NCBI RefSeq assembly: GCF_018350175.1
Contig: NC_058368.1
Location: 35,652,001 to 35,716,000, forward strand
From: Felis catus
Taxonomy: Eukaryota
Direction of reading: 5' to 3'
Length of the DNA: 64,000 nucleotides
In this document: in pieces, positions 10,444-22,039 of the stretch
Layout of the letters: every line of letters begins with the position of its first letter
Position numbering within the stretch: position 1 is the first letter of the stretch
Program-made: the position numbers and the translations under genes
The notes under the pieces: generated by a model
Told to the model about the DNA's origin: nothing
What the model saw: only the letters and a program-made list of their open reading frames with translations
The model's database searches: none

Positions 10444-12678
10444 AACCCCAGGAGAGGAGAGAATGCCCTATCAGGGTCATGCACGTACAATCTGTTCAGC
10501 CAGGATTCTTGTGCTACACAAAACTCTGCCACTAAGTACCTAAAGTATGCTTTCTTTAATTTTCAAAATATATACTTTCCTCCTGAAAAATTAATCCTGT
10601 AACTGCTTACACTAGGAAAATCACAGCTTATGACTCAGATGCCTGATTCTGCTTCACTGAATTTTGACTCTATTTATAGGTGATATATTTTGAGGATATT
10701 TTCTAATTCCTGGTGAATCCCTTCTTTCTTTCTTCTTTGAGTCACTGGCGAATGGAAGTTAGGAAGGACCGAAAAGGAAAAGGAAGTAATGGGTGTGTGC
10801 ATGGAAGTACCCTGTACTAATGTTAACTAGCGATAGCTTTGTCAGGGCTCTTCATCACCTGCCTTTTCTTCATCAAGCCCAGAGGAGGTGGTGGTGTTAA
10901 GGGGTGGCACACAGACAAGGTGTCAGCACCCCCCACCCAAAAATCTCCATTACTGGTTCCCTAGACTTTATTTATTTATTTCACACCAAATTGCAGGTCC
11001 CACAAGTCCCCACCTCCAACTTGCAGTTCCTAAGCCCTCTCTGTCAGGTTGAGCCATATTAAATAACCCTGTGTCTATGTCAAGAGGGTCGAATGAAAAT
11101 CACTTCACATGGTTTAAATTAACATGTGGAAATGCTGAACTCCTATCCAGCACGTGTCCCTTCCTGAGATAAGAGGGGAGAAAGGTACACTCAGCCACTC
11201 TTTCCGCCAGTGTCACCTGTTGCTCACCTCTGTGAATCCCCAGTGCCTCCTGCTCTACCTGAGGATTCTCCCTAGGTGTGGGTTTGAAGGAGAAGTGAAA
11301 AAGGGATTCTGAAAAATGTCAGGATTTTCTTGGAGAAGACCACAGAAAAGCCATCTGCAGTATAGCTTGTGTCAGCATCAGCTCAGTAGTGTGCAATCCT
11401 CTAGCTTCCCAGGAGCTTCCCACTGAGAGCCACAGGGGTCATGATGTGCTGAGGACACAGTGCCAGCACATAGCAGTCTGAGGGGCGAATGCATTTTCCC
11501 TCGCACCAGACCTTGTGCTGACATCCAGAGCACCGTGCTGGCCTCTTAAGAATGATCTCTCCCTCCTGCACACCGAGGGGCAAAAACACAGATTTGTAAA
11601 ATGTGGCCAACAAAAGGAAACCTAAGAGTCCAAGCTGAGAGACACTTCTGGAAAAAATTTATATTCTGACTTTAATAATCAATAGCTTATGCTGGCATGC
11701 CAGCTATCATCACACACGCTGTATGCCTGCAGACTATGATATAATCAAGCTTTCATTTATATTTATGTGACCAGGAGGACTTTGTATTTGATGATTTTAA
11801 AAGATGCATGGACTCAGTTCTAATTCTGATATATTGGTCTATTATCTATAAGAGGCCATTGGCTAAATTGTACTATTCACATGAGGGTCCATGATGAAAA
11901 TTTATCAGAATGATAGGGAAATATTCAGATTTCAGTTTTCTTCAACAGTAAAATTTGAGAATATAAGCATATTGTGTTTCCAAATGGCCGTCGGAACTAG
12001 ATTTAAGAGGATCTCATTGTATAACAAATGCATTATTAAAATAGTTATGCTGCACTAAAAGAGAAGCAGTGTGACAATTGGTGGGGCGGGAGAGATTGAT
12101 ACACAGAATTGCAACCGATGAAACTGCAGGCTCGGGAGCCAAATCAACGGGCCTGGACGAGGCCCCTAACAGTGGAGGGGACGGCCATTTCTTAAATAAG
12201 CAGTTATTTAACTGTTTGCTTTGTTTCAATAATGCGACATTTAACTTCCTCACTGATAATGCATAGATAAGTCAGTTCAGTTCTTCGGGACTCTCAGCAT
12301 CTATGGGTAGAGGTGTCAGTGTGATAATTATTGTGACAAATACAGATTTTCAGAGAGAATACTCATGGTCACTGCCTTCAGGAAACTAACAGTCTGGAGA
12401 AAGTACACAACATATTGACTGATAGAAAACACTATTTTTTGTAGTTTGAAGTTTTTAAGTTCCAGTTCGCTAACATATGGTGTAATATGAGTTTCAAGTG
12501 TAGAGATAGAACACACTAGTTATTGTTCCTCTGGAAAGAGGTAAAGAGAAGAAGGAAATTCCTGGTTCCCAGTGGGAATTTTAGTATCAAAGAAAGGTGT
12601 ATGCATGGGGATCCCAGTGAGCATGTTTTCCTCTCAAATTCACCATTGTGAAGATGTCCTTTTAAGAGGCACACGTTT

Positions 12679-12882
12679 GGGGCGCCTGGGTGGCTCAGTC
12701 GGACTGCAGCTTCAGCTCAGGTCATGATCTCACGGCTCATGAGTTCGTGCCCTGTGTCAGGCTCTATGCTGACAGCTCAGAGCTTGGAGCCTGCTTCCGA
12801 TTCTGTGTCTCCCTCTCTCTCTGCCCCTCCCCCACTCGCATTCTGTCTCTGACTCTCTCAAAAATAAATAAACATTAAAAAA
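12679..12882 (+). mobile_element. Can-SINE (SINEC_Fc family)
   Basis: GGGGCGCCTGGGTGGCTCAGTC head. TSD AGGCACACGTTT at 12667-12678 and 12883-12894. Confidence 0.95.
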
Positions 12883-13674
12883 AGGCACACGTTTGCCATG
12901 GTTTAAAGGAATAGAAATGGGTTTGTAGCAAGTCATTCTTGTATATAATCAGTGACATACATATTTAGAAGGCTAGTCTTGGGGAGCCAAAATAATTGAC
13001 TTACTGTAAGCAACATAGAAAATTAAAAATGTGTTAGGGTTAGTGTCAGAAGGTCTGGGGCTGAGTTGTAGCTCTGCTAGTCCTGCACAAGACCCTAGAC
13101 AAATCACTCCAGTTGCAGTGATCTCAGAGTTCCTCAACTGTGAATGTTAATCCAATATTCAAAGTCACTAGAAGCCTAAGCTTCTATGGATTAAAGTGGG
13201 ACTGAGCCTTTGGTCACCACCTCTAACTAGATATCTTTATGGAAGACAGCTGTGGAGCATTTTGACTTGATCTCAGAGCCAGATGTAGAATCCTGCCTGT
13301 ATGAGGCCACATGGTCATGCTGATGAAGTAGAGTTTGTTGTCTTTGTACGTTGGACACTGGGAACTAAAGACTAAGGATCCATCCATTCAATGGATATAT
13401 ATTGAGCATGTACCATAGGTCCTGGGAAACAATGGCAATGAGGCAGGGCACCTTCCCCTCCCTGCAGGAATGAGCAAGAAAAGGCTCCAGGAATTTAGAT
13501 GAAGGAGTTAAAATATCCTCTAATGGAATGCATAGCCTGCAGCTAGCATTGCAAACTCTACATCTGAAATGATCTTAGAGCTCATAGAGGAAAAGCTCTT
13601 CATTTTTGTGTCTAGGGGAAACAGACCTGGACACACCTATCTTTCCAACTTCTCTCTGGAAGCTAGTGACATTC

Positions 13675-13900
13675 TTCATGTATTCAACAAACATTTGACC
13701 TCCAGACATTTTGCTAGGTACCAAGAAAATAACAATAGACAAAACACTCACAAATCTTGTAGTCTAATGGGTGACACAGATAAGTAAACATGACTTGATA
13801 AACATTATGACCTGGAACCCTATTTTAGAGGGGAGTCAGAGAAGGTTTTCTTGAGGGTATCAAGTCTAGGCTGACCTCCAAAGGATGGGCAGGAGGCATA
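13675..13900 (-). mobile_element. L2 3' end fragment
   Basis: ATTCAACAAACATTTGA..CCAGACATTTTGCTAGGTAC..TAGTCTAATGGG, the antisense L2 tail pattern. Confidence 0.6.
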
Positions 13901-14099
13901 GAGCTGGGGCTGTGAATCCTAATTTAGAGATCAACCCTCTTCTACAAGCCAGGACTATGGGAACTAGTTGGACTAGCTGCTCCATGGGGAATATTCTTAG
14001 AGATTTGCCTGCTGTCAGCCCTGAGAAAGGTAGCTGTCAGGTAGCTCCTGAGAACCTTTGACTGGGTTCACTCTTCCCCTTGCTTCAGGGGATCGTGGG

Positions 14100-14290
14100 T
14101 AGAATAACACAGTAGGACAAAATGCCCGGCTGAGTCCAGCAGACCTGGGTGAATCCTAACTCTGATGGTGACTACAACTGTGACCCGTGCGCAAACCCTC
14201 TCTGAACCTCATACTTCCTAGATGCAAAATGAGGCAAAAACCTCCTTAATAAAGTTGTTAAATCTTTAATCAAATAATAGATATAAAACA
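14100..14290 (+). mobile_element. MIR SINE fragment
   Basis: AGACCTGGGTGAATCCTAACTCTG..TGTGACCCGTGCGCAAACCCTCTCTGAACCTCA..GCAAAATGAGG. Confidence 0.55.
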
Positions 14291-15757
14291 GCAAGAGCCT
14301 CCAGCAGCCAGGCCAGATAAAGAGCCCACAGAGAGTAGCTTTCAAGGGTCAGGCAGCTGCAAACACCTCAAATTGCCAGCTTCTTGTCAGAGGGGACTAA
14401 CAGATTTTGCAAACGGAAACAATAAATTCAAGGTCTCTAAACACTAAGACACTATCTTCTGTTCTGCTCCTCTGCTTCTTTATTATCAATTAACATTATT
14501 ATAAACTTTCTTGGTGCTTTACATCAAACCCATTAAAAGATATCTCTATAAACCCTTCATCCCAAGCTCATCACTACTATGGGCGTACTGAGAAAAGCAC
14601 AAAAATACAATCCAAATTTACAGATTCACTGATTAGAAGCAATTCACTCAGCCATAACATGTGAAAAGCAGCACACTTTCTGTTGTCTTGTTCTTCTGGC
14701 ATGAATTAATTCTAGTTTATTCAAAGGAATTTTTAATGAAGGATCTCACAAAATTGTAAGTGTAGTCCTGGTCATGTCTCAAATAAAAGCATCAAGTACT
14801 GCATTCTACTTCCTGTTTCAGAGGGGTTCTTCCAGAATGGGTGAAAATACTGCTTCCCCAACTAATCTTCCTTTTTTTGGATATGGAACAAAGTAAGTGA
14901 ATACATGACTCCCATACATGAAGATCCTACGGGATTTCTCTTCAGGAAGCTGGAGAGACTTTGACTCTGTCCAAAGTGTCCATATTTAGTGGTGACCACC
15001 AGAGCTCTTGGCTGCCTGGTTTTTACTCCATTTAATTTCATTCGTACATCCTCTTCAAACGTTTTGATAAGCTTCTCACAAGACTTTGCAAAGGAGGGAA
15101 ATGACAAGTTGCAAACTAACCACACTGGGCCTGGACCAGGGTAATGAGTGGGATTTTGGAACACTGGAAGGCTGATAAAATGCCTGTACGTTCTGACACA
15201 TAAGTTTCTTACTCTGGATTTTCGGAAACAGTGATGACATCAATTCACTCTTTCTGACTCAACGATGTTATACACCATCAGCTTCCAGTCTCTGATTTTT
15301 ACAATGTTAATAATACGTAACCAATAGATTTGAATTTCAACTGCAAAAATTCTCAAGATTTCTCTAACTGCTGCACAAGCAACCTGCAAGGTTTTTTTTT
15401 TTTTTTACCTTTTTTCTTCACAAATGCCAATGTTATCAATAAAGGTCAAACTTGCCACCCTTATGAGAAAGGAAGCAAAGTATTTTCAGCCCAGAGAGAG
15501 CTTTATATGTAATTTGATTAATCCAACTAGAGACGCTTGTACATACCCAGCTAATTTTAAACCTCTATCAGTGGGAGATTACCCCATATAACTTTAATTT
15601 CAGAAATAAGGAAGAGTACTCAAAAGGAGAATAGATAGTTATTCTACCCAACTCAAAAAAAAAAAGCGAATTCTAAGTTTTTAAACTCAGCAAGTGTCCT
15701 GGCATCCCCCACAGCCTCTGTGTTAGTGTTGTCACCAAATATACTGATACTGTAACA

Positions 15758-16257
15758 CAGACGGAGTTATTGCAGGTTTGATTCTAGACCACCGCAATAA
15801 AGTGAACATCACAATAAAGTAAGTGAAATGAATTTATTGGTTTCCCAGTGCATATAAAAGTTACATTCGCACCGTATATATATATACTGTAGTCTGTAAG
15901 TGTGGAATAACAGTGACTTTAAAAATGTGCAGACCTTAATCAAAAATTACATTAGCTTAAACATGCATCATCTGAGCTTTCAGTGAGTTGCAATCACAAA
16001 CCACAGATCACCATAATGTAATAATAATGAAAAAGTTGGAAATATTTTTGATAATTACCAAAATGTGACATGAAGACGTGAAGTGAGCAAATGGTGTTGG
16101 AAAAATGGAGCCAGTAGGTGTGCTCTGTGCAGGGTTGCTGCAAACCTTCAGTTTGTAAAACAAAACAAAACAAAACAAAACAAAACAAAAAACAAAACAA
16201 AACAAAACGCAGGATCTGCAAGTATGATAAAGTGAAGCGCAATACAAGGTATGCCTA
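15758..16257 (-). mobile_element. Tigger1-derived internally deleted DNA transposon (TcMar-Tigger), containing an (AAAAC)n run
   Basis: Right end AAGTGAAGCGCAATACAAGGTATGCCT is the reverse complement of the Tigger1 left terminus (CAGGCATACCTCGTTTTATTGCGCTTC). Left end TTGCAGGTTTGATTCTAGACCACCGCAATAAAG matches the other Tigger1 terminus. Confidence 0.85.
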
Positions 16258-16441
16258 TAGTTATTGAAAGAGCCATTCTTCCTCAGTTCTTAATAGCAGC
16301 TCAATTCGTTCATTCCTTCTCGCATCCCAAGGCCTATACACCAGTGCAGTGATCTGTGCAGGGATAGTCAAACTGGGGTATTCACAGTCCTCGTAATATG
16401 CTCCTCGGGGGGATAGGAATCCCTACAGTTTTTTTAAGCAT

Positions 16442-16890
16442 TCTTTTTTTTTTTAGTTGAGATAGAATTGACGTAACATATCGTTTCAAGTATACAGTGT
16501 AACGTTTTGATATCTGCGTATACTGAAAAATGATCACTGCACTAAGTCCAGTTAACATCCATCACCATAAGTAGTTGCAATTTTTTTTCTTGTGATTAGA
16601 ACTTTCAAGATCCATGCTCCTAGCTATTTGCAAATATGCAATACAGTATTATTAACTATAGTCACTATGCTGTGGTGGGTTTATGTCCCAGCCTGTCCAA
16701 CCTGCTTCATTGTGGGCCTTCTTATGTTTGCTGAATGAGTAGGAGTGAGTCAGCTGGTTTTTAGGTTTTTCTTTGTTGTTTTTTTTTTTTTTTTCCAGAG
16801 GAAGTTATTCCATATGTAGTTGTGGATTTGGTGTGTTTGTGAGAAGGGGTAAGGTTAGGATCCTATTTTGCCATCTTGAACCAGAATTCC
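16442..16890 (-). mobile_element. Mini-L1: about 220 bp of L1 5' end fused directly to about 230 bp of L1MA-type 3' end
   Basis: 16445-16672 is an antisense L1MA 3' UTR (ATACAGTATTATTAACTATAGTCACTATGCTGT). 16673-16880 is an antisense L1 5' end finishing GGATCCTATTTTGCCATCTTG (CAAGATGGC on minus). Confidence 0.7.
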
Positions 16891-18329
16891 CCTATAATTC
16901 TGGAAAATCAATTTCCAGGGTCTCAAACTCAACTCATATCCTTTCCTAAAATGGATTCACCTGATCATGTGCCTGTGTTCACCGCTAGCCCCTTTCTCAC
17001 TTTACCAACAGTGAGCCATGACCTGACTCCCCACCTGCAGTGTAAAAATTGTCAGGGTATCAAAACAAAAAAAAAGTAGACGTACCTCCTTTCATGACTA
17101 CTCAAGACCCTGCAAGTTAGGGCTCCAGTCACTCCTTCTCTTTTTTGTACTCCTGATAAGAATGAAGGTGGGCATTAAATATACGAAGAATGGAGTCCCT
17201 GTTTAGATGTTCTAAATGCAGACACTATAAAATGGGGCTGATAGTAAAAATAAAAATGAAATAAAGTGGGAGTAATGATAATTTTTATTTAATGACTTCA
17301 CTTTTTCTATCCCCTATTTTCAAAGCATTTATTATTCATGAGGTGGAATCTGTTGAGAGCAAGGCAAAAGGAGCATCTGTGGGAAATATTTGATACCAAA
17401 AATGGTCCCTTTTTTATGTATTTAAATGTAAGCACTTCTTTTCAGCTATTCTCAATGCTCATCCTTAAGATATGTTATTAGCGGGGGGAAAAAAAAGCAG
17501 CTTCCATCAGCCAAAAAAAAAAAAAAAAAAAAGAAAGAAAGAAAGAAAGAAAAGAAAAAGGAAAAAGAAAGTACCTTCCATCAGCCAAAATAGTATGAGT
17601 TGGTATCACAGATCTTTTAAATGTAACTAGAGTGTTTTCTGAGATTTCTAATTTTTTAAGGTACATTAGATAAAACCCCCAGAAAAACTTCTAGATGGTT
17701 TCTTTTAGGATTTGATTTGTTTTATTATTAAATAAGGCAGCTAAATCTATTCTCTAGCTATATCTTGAAATATTCCAATCTTTATCTTATAAAAAGTTTA
17801 ATATTTTTACCCCTTATTAATAAAATATAAAATTAATAGGTGCTAACTGATTTTCAGCAGTTAATATATTTTTCTCTTTTATTTCATATGTAGGAACTTT
17901 GATTGTATCAAACTATCTTAGTGTCAAACAAAATTATGGTATTATTTTTGTTTACACCTGAGTATTATTGAAATATGCCTAAAAGCCAGATGCATATGCA
18001 CATGCACACCTACTTACCTAAGAAATACGATGACTTTGATTATAATCTCTACTTTTTCAGTAACTCATCATTTTACCTATACATTACACTACTTGTTATT
18101 AATTAAGTAATGGTAAACTACATATTGAATTATTTTATCTATATATGTTAGTACAAACAGGATGAATTAGATCTATTAGATTAAAAATATTTAAATATGG
18201 ATACAACTGTTTTACTCATCACTTTTATATAATGCAGTCAATAATTTATTTCTTCAGAGTTTCTATTATATAACTCAAAATCTACTTATTGGCACATTTA
18301 TTTAGTTTAAAAATAAATGAGACCTATAA

Positions 18330-20041
18330 TTCTAGAAAATGATGGAGTAGGCACACTTCTCTATATTCTTCCTATTAAGTACAACTAAAAACTCCAGACA
18401 TTATGTAAAAACCAAGGCTGAAAGGTGGAGAAAAGGCAAACTAGTGAAGGACCTTGGGACCTATGGAACAACAGAGCAATGAGTTCACTGGTTTTTCTGT
18501 TCACCCTCTTACCCTGGAGTGGGCACTAATGAAGTCAGAAACACCAACAGATATAAGAAAAAAGTCTGCTCTTTCTAGCCAAGGATCAAGAAAGGGCTGC
18601 CTATCAAGAGAAAAAACTTCTAGACAATAAGTTCCCTATTCCAACTACCATGGGAAAAAACGAGGCCATATTCCCACTCCCACCAGCAAAGGCGATGTAG
18701 AGAGCTTAGACTTCGATCTCATCAAGCCGTAACAACTCGTGCTTTCCTGTGGCCAGGGTGGTGTCAGAAAATGCCAAGTATTGAACCAAGACTTTTACCT
18801 ACACCCATTGGTAAGGAGAGCTCCCTTTTCCATGGTGTCAATGAAGTCCACATGAGGGGCCTAAACGTCCACCCCTGCCCAATAGGGAGGCACCCTCTAC
18901 CAGAGTCTTAATGGAGCCCCCACCTGAGAACAACTGAGTGATGTCCTTTTTTTCCAACCAGTATGGTGTCAGAGGACATCTGCTAAAACAAAACATATAA
19001 AGAAAATCAAGAATCTCATCACACAATACTCAAAATGTCCAAGATATAATAAAAAATTACTAATCACACCAAGAACCAAAAAAATATTAAATGAGTTAAG
19101 ATAATATACCCCAACACTGAGATAACACAGATGGTAAAAATATCTGATAGATTCCAAAGCAGCTCTGATAAAAATATTTGAACAATTATGAACGTGATTT
19201 AAACAAATGAAAAAAAAAATAGGCAGTCTCAGGAAAGAAATAGAAAATATCAGCAAAAAAAAAAAAAGATGTGAAAAAGAACCAAATGAAAATTTTAGAA
19301 TTAAAAAATATAGCTGAAATAAAAATCCCAATGGATAGGAAAACAGCAGAATGGAGAGGGTAGAGAAAAGAATCAGTGAACTAGAAGATAGAGCGGTAGA
19401 AATTACCCAACCTGAACAACAAACAGAAAAAAGACTGAAAAAAGAAATTAACAGAGCCTTGGAGATTTGTGCCTAAAACAAAAACAAAAGATCTAGCATT
19501 CATGTTGATGTCTCAGAACAAGAGAAGAAAGAGAACAGTGCTGGAAAAGTATTCAAAAAATAATGGCTAAAATTTTACAAATCTGGAAAAACATATAAAT
19601 ATACATACCCAAAAGGCTGTGCAAACCCTACGCTGATTAAACATGCCAGACACAACATAATCAAATTTCTGAACACTAAAGACAAAGAAAAAAATTTGAA
19701 AGCATCAAGAAAGAAACACCTTGCCTATAAGGGAAATTTCTAAGATCTCTCATCAGAAAACATGGAGACTAGAAAGAAATAGTAAAATATTTTTCAGGGC
19801 TAAAAGAAAAGAATTTTCAACCCAGAATCATATCATATCCAACAAAGGTATCTTTCAGGAATGAAATGAAATTAAGGGGCTCCTGGGTGACTCAGTCAGT
19901 CAAGCATCCAACTCTTCATTTTGGCTTGGGTCATGATCCCAGGATTGTGGCATTCAGCTCCCCATGGGGCTCCACACAGAGCATAGAACCTACTTGAGAT
20001 TCTCTGTCTCTCTGTCCCTCTCCCCCATTCATACTCTCTGA

Positions 20042-20101
<60 letters not shown>

Positions 20102-20930
20102 GAAAGAAAGAAAATGAAGACATTCTGTAAAGGAGGAAGAGTAAGAGAATTTGTCACCAGTAAACCTACCCTAGAAGAATAGCTAAAGGAACTTCCTGAA
20201 ACAGAATGGAAATGCTAAAAGGAGAAATTTTGGAACATTATTAAAGAAGAAAGAACAATGGGAAGAATAAAAATATGAGTAAATACAATAGACTCCCCTG
20301 CTCTGAGTTTTCTAAATTGTGTTTGATAGTTGAGGCAAAAATTATAATATTCTCTGAAGTAGTTGTCAACATACATAGAGGAAACATGTAAGACAGTTAT
20401 ATTACAAGTGAGAAAGGGTAAAGAGGCTTAAATGAAAAATACAGTTTGTATCATTTACTCGAACTGATCAAATATCAATCACAGGAAATTGTGATAACTT
20501 ATGTATGTATAATGTAATACCTAGGGTAACCAACAAAAAAAATTAAATTGAAATTCTAAAATATATTAAGAAGCCCACAGGGAGACAGGAGAAAAATAAG
20601 AAAAAGAAACAAACAGAGAGATCAAACAAAAACAAAAAATAAAATAACAGACTTAAGCCAGAAACGTTAAGGATGGCAGCGGGGAAAAGGGTAGCATGTG
20701 GAAGATCTTTGTGGTGATAGAACAGTTCTGTATCTTGATTGCAGTCATGGTTACATAAATATATACATGTAATCAATGACTTGGAACTACACACACATTG
20801 TACCAACTCAGGTTCCTGGTTTTGATGTGTAAGATGCAACCATTGGGGAAAACTGGGTGAAGAGTACATGAGATCTCTTTCTACTGGTTTTGCATTTTGC
20901 CGTGAATCTATTATTATCTCAAAATAAGCT
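18330..20930 (+). mobile_element. L1MC-like LINE: 5' UTR, ORF1 and start of ORF2 joined to the 3' UTR (ORF2 almost entirely absent)
   Basis: L1MC-type 5' end (AAGTACAACTAAAAACTCCAGACATTAT..GAAAGGTGGAGAA). ORF1-like sequence about 19100-20200. L1MC 3' end (GTGATAGAACAGTTCTGTATCTTGATTG..GTGAATCTATTATTATCTCAAAATAA) from about 20670. Confidence 0.75.
19876..20112 (+). mobile_element. Older Can-SINE with tail expanded into (GAAA)n
   Basis: GGGGCTCCTGGGTGACTCAGTCAG head, CT-rich tract, (GAAA)n at about 20040-20112. Confidence 0.9.
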
Positions 20931-21359
20931 TTAGATTGAGAAAATAAAATCAGACATCTCCTGAGATTAAATAAGTCTGATTTGGTTGATTGGTTTGACA
21001 ATGTGCTGTTGCTTTCTTAATAACCCTATGTTGTTCATTAATGAGCTAAATTTTCTACTCTAAGCTTTAGAATAGAAAAACTACTTAAGCCACAAGATAA
21101 TAGTATTTTATCAAATGTGTAATATCAGAAAGTTGTAAATAGTGTAAATAGGATTTCTTTTTCCTACCCTTGCTGAGTATATAATGGATTTAGGTAAACA
21201 GAGTACCAATAAATTTTAAAATAATAGGTACAACTGTCATTTGTTAAGTATGATAGAGTCTTTTTGGTATACTCTCCTTTCCCAAAATTGGAAACTCAAG
21301 TTCAGGAAGACAAGGGAAAATTATAAGTTTCCAAATTTAAAGAGGAGCTTAATGATATA

Positions 21360-21835
21360 CAGTAAAACCTTGGTTTCTGAGCATAATTCATTCTGGAAAC
21401 ATGCTTATAATCCAAAGCACTTATATATCAAAGAAAATTTCCCCATAAGAAATAATGGAAACTCAGATGACTCATTCCACAACCCTAAAATATTCATATA
21501 AAAATGATTACAACACTGTAATATAATACAAAATAATAAAAATGCAAAATTATATATATACACATATGCAAATATACACACACACACACACAAATTGCCT
21601 TTACCTTTGAAAACCTTCGTGGATGGTGTGAGGGAGACAAGACAGAGGAGGGTTATTGTGTAGTACGAATTTCACTATCACTAACAAAATCACTGCTATC
21701 TATTGGCTCAATGGAATCTTTTTCTTTTCATGCAACTTTAACAATGAACCTATCCAATGACACTTGCTTTTGCCTCCTTTTGAGTATTTTGTAGAAATGT
21801 GACATTGGATTGACAATCATCCACAATCCCACAGC

Positions 21836-21884
<49 letters not shown>

Positions 21885-22039
21885 ATCAATGGCTCAGTTT
21901 TGATCACGTGATGTTCGGTGTCACATACTACTTATATTGCAAGACATCACCCATCTATCAGGTTAAAATTTATTATAAATGCTTGCTCATATTGTGGAAC
22001 ACTTGCAGAACAAGATACTCACAATCCAAGGTTTTACTG
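21360..22039. mobile_element. Non-autonomous Tc1/mariner-superfamily (Tigger/pogo-like) DNA transposon, 680 bp
   Basis: Perfect 14-bp terminal inverted repeats CAGTAAAACCTTGG / CCAAGGTTTTACTG, extending imperfectly inward. Flanked by TA on both sides (21358-21359, 22040-22041). Internal (CA)n and (GA)n tracts. Confidence 0.9.

Noticed and set aside
10096..10602. Longest ORF in the track (168 aa)
   Set aside because: It spans an L2 end and a (CA)n microsatellite (HTHTHT), with no recognisable domain and a non-ATG start.
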